The notes under the pieces are model-generated. The model made no database searches, was not told the origin of the DNA, and saw only the letters and a program-made list of their open reading frames with translations. DNA of 64,000 bases from Amoeboaphelidium occidentale (Eukaryota), in assembly GCA_023515795.1 (NCBI GenBank), contig JALGPX010000027.1:1-64000 (forward strand). The letters are read 5' to 3'. Below are positions 37,197 to 48,214 of this stretch, piece by piece (the stretch's first letter is position 1; every line of letters begins with the position of its first letter). The translations under genes were made by a program, and so were the position numbers.

Positions 37197-39436
37197 TTGG
37201 TATACTTTTAATGTCAATGAAATGGACTGTGATGAGTAGTTTGGCACTGCTGCTACTTGGTTTGTTCATGTTGGTTCCTGCATCGTATAGATCCGTAAGA
37301 AGAGCATCAAGGATGAGTAGTGATGTGACACAACAGAAGGGTCAATTAGGTGGTGGTGGTGGTAGTGGTGGTGATGACGGCGGTAAAAGTACTACAAAGT
37401 ATGGATCACTTGTATTTTACGTTCTGGCAGTGGTTTACTTGTATGCTTCTTTTGGTTTGGGATATCTCCTCCTTGATCAAGAACAAAGCATTATAGAATC
37501 TGTGGTGGTTGCATTGAGTTATTGGACAGTTTGTAGAATTAGTCTAATGTTCTTTGAGTCTAATATACTAAAGAGTACAGAGTATTTGGTGGAAATTGAT
37601 CAAGAAGAAGTTTGTACAATGTCACAGCATTTGCAGCAATCTTTGTATTATACTACACGCTCTGAGGCTTGTATGGATTCACATTCTATTATATATCATT
37701 GTCCTTTGTGTTTGGTTGCGTTTGTGTATCAACAAGGTTGGTATCAATTAGTCTATACTGGTTCTTTTCTTATCGTAACAGTTTTGGTACTGAGTGGATG
37801 GATATTCATGATGGTGATGGATTACAAGGAAATTGAAAGAAATGGATCAAGTGCTGATAGTTTGGTTGGGTTATTTGGGTTCAGTATAGTAATGTTGGGT
37901 GTAGTTGTGGTGTATTGTTCGTTATTAATTAGAAATTTCTTGCTGAGAAAGATTGCAAGTAGTGGTACTTCTGTGAATGCAGAGAATGATTCTTATCGTG
38001 ACGAATTCATTAGGAATAACAAAAGCAATAGGAATCAAAAGACTGCTCGATTTGATACTGGTGATGCTGAAATAGTAAAATCTTCAGAGTCTATAGCGGA
38101 GAAGCCATACGGGGAAATGAAGAAGTTGGGAAAACAGAATATACAGAGTGATTCTGTGCTGACCATATCTACTGCAGCTAGTGCTAATGATTATTATTAT
38201 AATTCTGAATCTTCAATTACACAATTGAATGTTTCTCCTGTGAGGACATCGCAAAAAATCGGCTCAGCAGGTATAAAGAAGAATAACTTTAGTGCAAGTG
38301 TTGCAACATTAGTACCGCCACCTAATACTTCTTCTACACAACAAAATAACTCAAAAGATAGACAGTTGGATAAGCGGAGACCGTCGCCTGCAATAACTGA
38401 GGCTTCAAGCGAGTTGACGTTGAATAATAGCAGACCATTGAATACAAATACAAAGTACCAAGCACCTTTAGTCACAGCAAGCACATTTGATTATGTAGAA
38501 GCTTATGAACAAACAAAATCTGAGATTGAGAAGGAGCGTGAAGCTGGTCGTAATAATGCTCATAATGCATCAATTACTCTGGCTAAAACGCATACATCAA
38601 AGTATGATGCTGATGTTCCATCGATTTCGGCAAGTTCAACTTCATCTTCGTCGGTTGTTGGAGGAAAGAAGTCAAAACCTGACTTTGATGCACTGAAACT
38701 CGCAGTGTTGAGAAAAGGAGAACCAACAGGACCTCTCTCAACAACGGAACAAAAGCAAGTTCATTTCGCAGAAACTAAACCCGCCAAGAAGTCTTCTTTA
38801 AGAGTGTCATACAGAGCTTCAATGACTGGTGATATGGAATTATCAGAGTTGGATAGATTGCAGAGTACTTTATTGAGTGTATCATCAAAAGCTGATGTTC
38901 CTGTTTCAGCTCCTGTAAGACTAGAAAATTCAGCAAAGCAAGAGAAAGGATCAAGTGGATCTCTATCTGCAATACCTCCAAGTATGTTGGCAGATTCTTC
39001 TATTCTTACACCAACTATTACACTGAATCTTATTCGATGGTTGGAGTCACCTACTGTATTGAATGCTAAACAACCTCTGATACCTGCACTACCTAAAGAT
39101 GCACCATTAACAGTACCATTTTTGCTTCAGAGGTTACTTCCTTTATTTCAAAGATATCATCCAGTGCTCTTTCTGCACTTTCAAAGAGCAATCATACAAA
39201 ACCTCATATCAGCAAGAAAGAGAAGTTTGACCGCTATACTACCAAATGCATTTGACCGCGATAAGAGTTTATATTACGGTGATAGAAAAGCCGTGGACGA
39301 TTTCAAAATATTGGCAAAGGAAGTACTTCACGTTGACGATGATGATTTACGTTTCAGCCCAACATTTGAAACGACTGATGACGTCAAGAAGTGCTTATTT
39401 GTGCTTTTAAGATTCTACGTGGCATCAAGTAATTAA
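36938..39436 (+). CDS. Multi-pass membrane protein with a long S/T-rich cytoplasmic tail
   Basis: 832-aa ORF with about 7-8 hydrophobic segments in the first 340 aa; no family recognised. Confidence 0.7.
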
Positions 39437-39485
39437 TAGAGATAATAGATTGCGAAGTTTGACGCATCATTTCAGAGTTCTATAG

Positions 39486-41086
39486 ATGAAACGTCGTGGC
39501 GACAAATCTGCAGAAAAGACTACACAACAAGAACAACCTGAAAGCCACCAGCAATCTTTTAAGGAGAGAAGGAAGTCCAAATTCGAAGCCCGTCAGTCCA
39601 TTTTCGATGCCAAATTTTCCTCAGAGTTCAGAGGTTTCTTTGTGCTGTTCTGGATTGCTATTGGTACATCTTTGCCCTTTGCATCAAGCTCTGACACTTT
39701 AAAGGTATTCAAATATGCACAGCTTTTCTTGGTCACTACAGAAGAGAAGGTTCCCCGTTAAAGCTGTCTTTGCTTCCTGTCTTCACTCACGATCTGATAT
39801 ACTTTGCGATTACTGATGCTGTGATTGTCTTGGGATCTTTTGTGTGTGTTCCACTGCACAGTTTACTATTCAAAGGTTATGTATCCCCTACTGTTTCTGT
39901 GATTTTGAAACATGTTATTCAGGCATTGTACATGTTGGGAATGACTGCTTGGATTCTATTGAGAGAGTTTCAATGGCCTCAGGCGACTACACTTTGTCTT
40001 CACACGGTTGTCATGTACATGAAAATGCATTCGTATTTGACTTGTAATTATGAATTTGAACTGGGGCGAAGGGAACTTGAACGAGTACAGGATGATATTT
40101 CATTTTTATCAGGTCAAATAAGCTCTGGATCGAAGGAACGACCATATTCTTCGCCATCAAGGAATGGAAGATCTTTGCTTGGCTTTTTATTTGGGTCATC
40201 TAGTAATAATTCTGGCTCCAGTGTGGCATCAGATTTACGCAGCAAAGAAGAAAGAGAAGTAAAACTGTTGGAATTAAGAGAGCATGAGGAACGTCTTAAT
40301 TTGAACTTGAAATTAGGTCCTAATTCTTACCCTGAAACCTTCACCTTAGCCAATTTCTGTGATTTCCTTTTAGTTCCCACTCTTGTCTATGAATTGTATT
40401 ATCCCAGAGAAGAACGTCCTGTGAGAATCAGATATATTGTGGAGAAAGTTATGGGTGCTTTAGGGATTTTTGCTACTTTATACTTTATCTTGGAACATTA
40501 TATCTATCCAGTGTTATTGGAATCACATAACATTACTTTGGTTGAATGCATTTTGCAACTACTGATTCCAATGTTGATGTCTTGGCTACTAGTTTTTTAT
40601 ATCATCTTTGAATGTGTTTGCAATACTTTTGCTGAGATAACTGGTTTCGCAGATAGACAGTTTTATGATTATTGGTGGAACAGTTGCTCATTTGATGAGT
40701 TTGCTCGAACATGGAACAAACCAGTTCATGAGTTTTTGTTGAGACATATTTATTTGGAAGCAATTGATTCTTATAAGCTATCAAAACACAATGCAACTTT
40801 CTTGACATTCTTGTTCAGCTCCTGTCTGCATGAATTTGCAGTTGCTGTGGTTGCTAGGAAAGTGAAGATGTTTTTCTTTTTCCTTCAAATGACACAAATA
40901 CCGCTTATTTGGATAGGTAGAGCTACTTATATCAAGCAAAAACCTGTACTTGGTAATGTTGTGTTCTGGTTGTCACTTATAAGCGGGCTACCATTACTAG
41001 CAAGTTTGTATACGCGTGAAGAATTCTTGAGACAAAAAGGTTTGGTTGGAGATATTTGGTTCTGGCCGGAAGGTGTCAGGTTTTAA
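39486..41086 (+). CDS. Sterol O-acyltransferase (MBOAT, ARE/ACAT family)
   Basis: MKMHSY, PTLVYEL.YPR, FADRQFYDYWWN, WNKPVHEFLLRHIY and the catalytic HEF motif. Intron 39664-39704 joins the two ORFs. Confidence 0.92.
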
Positions 41087-41226
41087 TTCGAATGATGTTA
41101 AATAGACTGCTGCTGTAGTGGAAATTTTGAATCTTTTCACACGGTTCGATCAGAACTCTGATCAGGATTCAACCGAAACAATCACAGAATACACTTGACT
41201 CGTACAAGTAAAAACATTTCAGTAGA

Positions 41227-41874
41227 ATGAGTTCCGATATCAATGTCGTAGTTAGAAGTGTGCTTACTTACACTATTCTATTCTTCATCTATATCACTGC
41301 GTTCACGTCTGTAGTCGTGTTAATGAATCTCAATGGATCTCAAACAGATATCTTCTCATGGAAGTTCTTGAAGAACGAGCTGTTTGAAGACATTTCTCCA
41401 GTCTCTAATTGGAGATACGTGAACAAACAAAGCTTATCACTTGTGGCGCTTAGAGAAGAAGCCTGTGTGTTCATGGGTTCGTCCCGCGAAGATTGCAGTG
41501 TTCCAGCCATGAAAGTAGCTTGGACATCTCTTCTACCATGGAATGCACTCCGAATTTACAATGGAATTAATCCAAAGTATGCTCTTTACGATCATGTTTA
41601 TGACCAGAACAGAAATTTACACGAAGAAAGGAACATGATAGTTGATACAAGTGATCCTGAGTTGTATTCATTGTTTTCCAAGTCTATTATGATATCTAGA
41701 GGAACAAAGAGCGATCCAAGAGTACCAGAACGGAATAAGAACACCAAACCAGTCACAGCTTCACCAAAAACTTTGAAGTTGTACAGATATTCAAAACCTT
41801 TGCGTTCCATCGTGGATAGAAAACCAAAATTTGAAGTTCAGGAAATCAACTATGAGTTCAAAGCATCCAAATAG
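41227..41874 (+). CDS. Hypothetical protein with an N-terminal TM
   Basis: 215-aa ORF with a hydrophobic segment at aa 11-33. Confidence 0.6.
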   Translation: MSSDINVVVRSVLTYTILFFIYITAFTSVVVLMNLNGSQTDIFSWKFLKNELFEDISPVSNWRYVNKQSLSLVALREEACVFMGSSREDCSVPAMKVAWTSLLPWNALRIYNGINPKYALYDHVYDQNRNLHEERNMIVDTSDPELYSLFSKSIMISRGTKSDPRVPERNKNTKPVTASPKTLKLYRYSKPLRSIVDRKPKFEVQEINYEFKASK

Positions 41875-42067
41875 AGTTCTTTTTCTTATTGTTTGAGTTA
41901 CGATTGCAACATGCCAGAAAGCTTCACGAAACCTGATTGGTCTGATAGTTTCAACATCATTAACGAATGGAAGGGCAAGATCTTTGATCTAGATCTAGAT
42001 AATCAGTAAACGCTTTCGCATAAAAGCACGGACGTCCGTGCATAGGTTTAACTATCAATTAATATAA

Positions 42068-42802
42068 ATGTCTACTGCATCATACACAAAGATTCCAGAT
42101 CCAAAGCCTGTTGTAATTGAAAACTTGCCAACTTACGCTCCAACTGTAAGAAATGAAAGAAATACAAAGTTGCAAAGATTTGTAAATGTTTTGAATGTCG
42201 CGTCTAAAGCTGTGTTCCTTGGTGTTGGTGTATTAATGATTTTGATTCTTGGAAAGGGTTTGGCTAGCACGGAAATTGTAGAGGAAACATATATTATCGA
42301 AGATCCTATGTACACGCCACAAGGTTGGGGATTGCCTTGGTTTGCGCCTTCTAATTATGGTTTCGGATATCCACAAGACTACAATGATATGATGCCATGT
42401 GGTTGTCCATGCAGTGATGAAGGATTTCATTTGGATATCTGTCCTGGTGACACATTAGTAATTAACGCAGAAGACATGGATGGTGAAGATATGGTGTTGG
42501 TGTTGGAGCTTGATGTTGACCAAGTTCCCGGATTACAAAGTTCAAACAAGGGAAACAGAAGAGTTAGAGATGCATCAATGCCAAACATTTTGGATGCCAT
42601 TTACGATAGAAAGATCAAGGACTTCGCATATGTCTCACCCTATGAAGAGTTTGGTCTAGATGATGATGAAGAGTTCATTGTCAAGCCAATGTTCAACTAT
42701 GAAGCTTCGGAGTTGAGAAAAGCTGAAGATACCTTGAATGAGGCTTTGAAGAGGAAATCTCGCCAGATGTTTGATATTCCATGGATGCCAAACAATTTCT
42801 AA
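42068..42802 (+). CDS. Hypothetical type II membrane protein, acidic
   Basis: 244-aa ORF with a TM at ~aa 47-63. Confidence 0.6.
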   Translation: MSTASYTKIPDPKPVVIENLPTYAPTVRNERNTKLQRFVNVLNVASKAVFLGVGVLMILILGKGLASTEIVEETYIIEDPMYTPQGWGLPWFAPSNYGFGYPQDYNDMMPCGCPCSDEGFHLDICPGDTLVINAEDMDGEDMVLVLELDVDQVPGLQSSNKGNRRVRDASMPNILDAIYDRKIKDFAYVSPYEEFGLDDDEEFIVKPMFNYEASELRKAEDTLNEALKRKSRQMFDIPWMPNNF

Positions 42803-43029
42803 GAATGCTTACAATAATAGATTTTAGCTACAATGAATGCCATATTCCTTTGACTGTATTCTTTTTGTGATTTGTGATTTATGTGAAAATGCTGTCGTTC
42901 AATAAGCTTTTGGTGGCTCTATCTTTATCATCGTTTTTGGGTTCTTGTGCTCCTGAANNNNNNNNNNNNNNNAATGAATGCCATATTCCTTTGACTGTAT
43001 TCTTTTTGTGATTTGTGATTTGTGTGAAA

Positions 43030-44400
43030 ATGCTGTCGTTCAATAAGCTTTTGGTGGCTCTATCTTTATCATCGTTTTTGGGTTCTTGTGCTCCTGAACA
43101 ACGTGTTTTTCGTTCCGCGGAAGAAGTATTATCTCCCGAAAGCAGGAATTTGTTTGTGTATATTGCGGATGAACCTTCATTCTACCCAACAAGCTTTATG
43201 GGTGCAGATGATGGCATGTCAAGATTATCAATTAATTCGAATGCTGCTTCATTATTCACGCTTAAGAAGGGCGCATTACTTTATCATGGAGTGGAAACGC
43301 TGTCTGATAATGGCACAGAACGCTTCACGAAAACTGTGTGGTTTGCGCTAAATCCACGCTTTGCATCAATTTATGCGCGATCTAGGACGGAAGGGATTTA
43401 TCGCACATATCGTGCCAAAAAAGATATTGGTAATATTCTATTTGTTCCGGGATCTACCTCGTGGTTGGGTGCTAGTTCAGTATCACCACTCTTCGCTCTA
43501 GCATGTAACGGTTCAGCTCAAGAAACTGGAGGTCCTCGCAGTGCAATGAAATTTTGTGAATTTCCCAATATCCAGGGCTGGATAATACAGTCAGGTGATA
43601 TTGAATTCATGCTGTGCAATGACGATACTGGCGATCATGATAGTTTGATGGATTATTTGGAGCTCGTGTTTGAAAACAAGAATCCTGCTCCTGCGTATTC
43701 GAATTTCTTGAGTTCGGCGCCAGGATTACCTTTTGGAAGCCCTACTCTAAATTACTACAGAATGGCCCAGTTGCAAATACATTGGGAGTCTTTGGTGTTG
43801 CTTGACTCAAAGTATGATCCAAAAGCTGGGCAGCCTTTGCATTCGATTGCTCCTTCAGTAGAGGATTACAAGAGGTATGTGAAAACAATACGATCTTTTG
43901 CTTCTTCGAAACAGGTTTGCAAGGAGTTGGTTCAAGACGCTGAAAACATTGTCTCTGCAACGAGATTCTTGAATGACTATTTGCGTGAGTTGTTGATGCC
44001 TTTCGTAGATTTCATCAAAACAGGTAGACTGCAAGTGTTGCTCGAAAGGGCAGTCTACTCTCCAGCATTTTTGCCTCTTCTCAGTGTTGAAGGATCAAGA
44101 TATGGAACAAGACAACAGATGGCTAAAATCAAAGAAAAATGCATCAGTAACTTGCTAGCATTGGTTAAACCAGAGTCATTGGGCCTGAATGAATGTGTGC
44201 CTGATCACGTAGACAATGTAAATACGCTGAGAAGGTCTTTTGAAAATGTTGCACATTTTGTCTGTCCAAAATTGACTTTGATGCTGGTTAACTTTTATGA
44301 GTTGAATCTTCAAGGGGCGACAATTGAGAATGTTAACGAGTATTTCAAAAAAGCAGGCGGTGTTATCAATAAGATGGTTGATACGTTTCAATGGGTTTGA
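43030..44400 (+). CDS. Secreted protein with an ADP-ribosyltransferase-like (H-Y-E) N-terminal domain
   Basis: SP MLSFNKLLVALSLSSFLGSC; TLKKGALLYHG..WFA..ASIYA..YRAKKDI..IQGW..DIEFMLC. Confidence 0.5.
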   Translation: MLSFNKLLVALSLSSFLGSCAPEQRVFRSAEEVLSPESRNLFVYIADEPSFYPTSFMGADDGMSRLSINSNAASLFTLKKGALLYHGVETLSDNGTERFTKTVWFALNPRFASIYARSRTEGIYRTYRAKKDIGNILFVPGSTSWLGASSVSPLFALACNGSAQETGGPRSAMKFCEFPNIQGWIIQSGDIEFMLCNDDTGDHDSLMDYLELVFENKNPAPAYSNFLSSAPGLPFGSPTLNYYRMAQLQIHWESLVLLDSKYDPKAGQPLHSIAPSVEDYKRYVKTIRSFASSKQVCKELVQDAENIVSATRFLNDYLRELLMPFVDFIKTGRLQVLLERAVYSPAFLPLLSVEGSRYGTRQQMAKIKEKCISNLLALVKPESLGLNECVPDHVDNVNTLRRSFENVAHFVCPKLTLMLVNFYELNLQGATIENVNEYFKKAGGVINKMVDTFQWV

Positions 44401-46427
44401 ACATTCAGAGCACGAGAAATTTGAGACAAGATGAGAATTTGTTAACCAACGAAGCAATAAACTCTCTTTTTTCGATGACGATTGCCGATTCTGTCAACAG
44501 TGATGAGTTGGAGGTTCAAACTTCAAAGTTATCGGTGAATGGGTCTAGCCCAAAGTCATCAACTTCATCGAATTTGGTTTCTGAAACAGGGACGTCCTGT
44601 CTGGAATGGAGAGACAAATGGATAATTAGAGGAGAAGAAGCTCACGAAACAGAAGTTGAATCTTACTTTGCGCAGCGACAGATTTATCTTGACAGGTACC
44701 GAAAAGCATTCTTGGAGAGCTCATGTGGAAAGCGCCTTCTTACTTTTCCTAATGGGAAAATGTACGGACAAGAATCGAATTTTCTTCTGTTGGGCGTTCA
44801 TGGCGTCGGGAAATCTCAATTCTTATTGGATCTCGGGCGTTTTCTCGTTCATTGTGGAGGTCCATCCTACTTCTTTGTGTATGTTTCAATGGCTTCAGCC
44901 AATGTTCCCAGCTCTGTTTGCGAATTAGTGCTTGATGCTCTGAAGGATTTCAAAGATGTAAATATTCCAACCGATATCAAACGTGTTGCAATGTTGCACA
45001 ATTGGTTACGAAAGAAAGGCTATTACGTAGTCATTGTTCTGGATTAGTTTCAAAATGTTTACACAAAAGCCGACATTGGACTCTTGTTGGATGACTTGTC
45101 GCATATTGGTAGTATGAACAAAGAGCGTCACTTGATTGTATTTCTGTCTGGATCTCGGGCTTTGCTGCGTCCGCTTGTTTTTGTTAAGAACGAACATCTT
45201 CCTGTACATGTGGGAAATTCTTAACCGGGGTTTAAAGATTGTGCAGTAAATTTAAATTCGCAAAAGTTTATCCCCATTGAATTTGGACCTATATCATCTC
45301 TTTCTGATATGAAAAACGTTTGGAATTGCCTGTCTCTCCCTGAAGTAGACGAGGATGAGTTGGTTGCTATATGTTATAAAACAAGAGGAAGAATTAGATC
45401 TATACTTGCTAAAGATTATGAGAATGTCGTTAAAACCTCTTTTTCGTCAGCAGGCATTAGAAAAGATGCTCTCAAGGCTATTTTCGAGCATTATTTGAGG
45501 AACAATTCCATTGCTGATTTAAAGGATGAGGTTAATCTGATAAAATGCGATGATGAATTGACAAATATATGCACCTTTGAGGAGTTACAAAGCGAAATTG
45601 AGACCTTAGATCGAAGCTTATTGTATCAAATGGCCGACGATGGAATTATTTATTATTCTGGTGGGTACACTGTTGGATTAAGTCATCCTAGTGATATAAG
45701 CACACTCTCTAAACTTTTCGACAAAAGTATCCCATCTAAAAGTCTCTCAACTGTTGAGCAACTTAGTATGCTAGGGCCTAATCAAAGCGGAATGGCTGAT
45801 GTAAATGAAAATTTGGTAGCTAAATCACTGGTTTCCTCTAGCTTCGATGTTAATGGATTCAACAAACTTCGTTTTATCAACAGTTACTCCGTTCATCTCA
45901 ACAATGGAATAACAAAACTTGCCGACAACAAAACTTCTTATTCAGATGAGTCTTTTTCAAGTGAAGAAAGAAACAAGTTTGGACATTTGTCAAAATGGTT
46001 CTTTAAATGTAGAAGGGCGCATCTGATGAAAGAAGTTCCTGATGAAGGAGGCAGCGATTTGGTTGCGATTTTCGAGATTAACGAAGATCTTAAAAAGGGA
46101 ACACTGAAATGGTTGGTTTTTCGTGTGAAAATTAAAATGGGGATATCTCAAAACACTTACACGAAAAATAGCAAGACTGGAATGAATGTCATTGATCGTA
46201 TGAAATCTTATGAAGTGGCATTCTGTAAAATATTGAAGGCAAATAGTGAAGAAGTGCAGTTTGTTAGAGTATTATGAACTGCGCAAAAGACCAGCATTAA
46301 ACATTCACCTGAAGACCATGTGTATGTGATAGATTCTTCGAAAATGTTGCCTTTGTGGTCGCCGCGCATTCGTAAATTTGTAAATGATGCAAAGCTAGAT
46401 TCATACGGCTTTGTTAAGAAACTATAG
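44391..46427 (+). pseudogene. Crinkler-type P-loop NTPase plus PD-(D/E)xK nuclease module, inactivated
   Basis: Walker A GVHGVGKS, Walker B VIVLD*F, NLNSQKF, and PDEGGSDLV..RVKIKMG. One continuous frame with stops at 45045, 45222 and 46275. Confidence 0.65.
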
Positions 46428-46591
46428 TATTCTTCTCTTTGGTTGTCTTTAATTGTGCTGCTTTCTAAATATATACCTTGCTTAGTAGCATGGTCTAGTA
46501 TTCCTGCCTAAAACGAACTTTAAACAAACTAGCAGTTGTTTAACGCCACTTTGGCATCAACGCCACCTGATCGAGCTTTCCATTTCCTGCA

Positions 46592-48156
46592 ATGAGGTCA
46601 CAGAGTATAAACGTAAAGTTGGAAGGAGGCTATGAATTCCAAGGCTTCGGGACTTCATTGGCCTGGTGGTAAGTCTTTCTTGCGTTGAAACCATGTTTAA
46701 CGTTTAAAGGGCGCATTATTTGGCTACACACGCGAATAATCGAAGATTAGTTGAGCAAGTTTGTCGTATTCTATACGATCCTTTACATCCTTTTGGGCTG
46801 CATTTCAACATTGTCCGTTATAATATTGGTGGCGGTAAAGATCCTTCTCGAAACGAAGAATTAAGACTTGGCGCTGATGTTCCTGGTTACAAAACTTCCC
46901 CTGATGGCGAATACAAGTTCCAGGAAGCCGATGCAGGACAACGCTGGATACTGAAATACATTATGCACCTGAGACCTGATGTTTACATTGAAGCCTTCTC
47001 CAATTCTCCTCCGTATTACATGACAGTAAGTGGACTTGTTTCAGGCCACGAAGAGAGCGGTTTCAAATGCAACATAAGAGATGACAAAGTAGAAGATTTT
47101 GCAATTTATCTGGCAGATGTTGTGGAGTACCTTGTAAAAACAGAAGGAATTCCTATTAAATCTCTGTCGCCAATGAACGAAGCTAGTGCGTTTTGGCAAG
47201 CCGGAGTCACGAAACAAGAAGGCTGTAATTGGAGCATTAGTGCACGTAGAAGAATGATTAATTATTTGCATGAACAGCTAAAATCAAAGAATTTGGCCGA
47301 AGATGTTATCATCAGTGCATGTGATGAAAATAATATGCTTCAAGGATTCTTTGGCCTATTCGCAATGCCGTGGAAATGCGTTGAGCGCGTGAATGTTCAT
47401 TCTTATCATATAGCGCAATTCACTAAAGGCGTCAAGACTTTTGGTATTGAAGACTGGGATTTGTTTCGAGTTTTGATAAGTTGGGTCACAAAGGATATCA
47501 AGAATAAGGACTTGTGGATGAGTGAGTGGGGTATGGGTATGTGGTTGGAAGGTCAAGTCGATTTTATGCATATCATGAATGGCGTATACTTGGCTCAACA
47601 AGTTATAAGAGACTTAGTGATTTTGAAACCAACTGCATGGGTTTATTGGCAAGCGGTTGAGAACATAAGCGATTCAGGATGGGGTTTAGTCCAGACACAA
47701 TTCGCTGACGGAGGACCGTCTATTTACTTGTATGACTTTGCCTTCCAGTCTTCTTCGATGTTGCGGGAAAACGTGGTTAGTGATCAATTGAGACTTGGAA
47801 GACAATTCTATGCGATGAGTCATTTTTCTCGTTTTATTAAACCAAGCTACACTTTACTTGGTGGTAGATATCATAATGGTAATATCTCGTATGTTTCAGC
47901 ATGTTCTCCCACCGAGAACGAATTTGTATTTGTTCTTGTATCTGGTCGCTCAGAGGCAACTATGATCAACTTGAATGTTGAAACGAGCAAGGAATCTTCT
48001 GGAGTACCGCAAGGAACAATTTACGAAACACACGGTGCATCAGCCAATTTGGAAGTTTCAAGAAATATCTCTGTTTCGCGACAGGGAACTGCTGTAAAGA
48101 TCTCGTTCCAATGTAAGCCACAATGCATCGTAACATTGGTTGTGTCACTGTTTTAA
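46592..48156 (+). CDS. Glycoside hydrolase family 30 (endo-beta-1,6-galactanase-like)
   Basis: FQGFGTSLAW|WA (intron 46669-46709), RYNIGGG, EAFSNSPPYYMT.SG, PMNE (acid/base), LWMSE (nucleophile) and WVYWQ. Confidence 0.85.
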
Positions 48157-48214
48157 GTTCTCATTAAAAGCAAATTGTTCTCAGCCGATTTTTTTGTCAT
48201 AGTCTGACGACACA

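Larger units (their letters stand above)
31020..37380. repeat. Island of trinucleotide/hexanucleotide microsatellites: (ACT)n, (AAC)n, (ATT)n, (TTC)n, (GTATCA)n
   Basis: Directly visible, e.g. 32108-32173, 32426-32463, 32985-33027, 33322-33352, 34750-34798 and 37160-37196. Confidence 0.95.

Noticed and set aside
42026..42041. 16-bp perfect palindrome GCACGGACGTCCGTGC upstream of a gene
   Set aside because: Possibly regulatory, but there is no second copy or other support.
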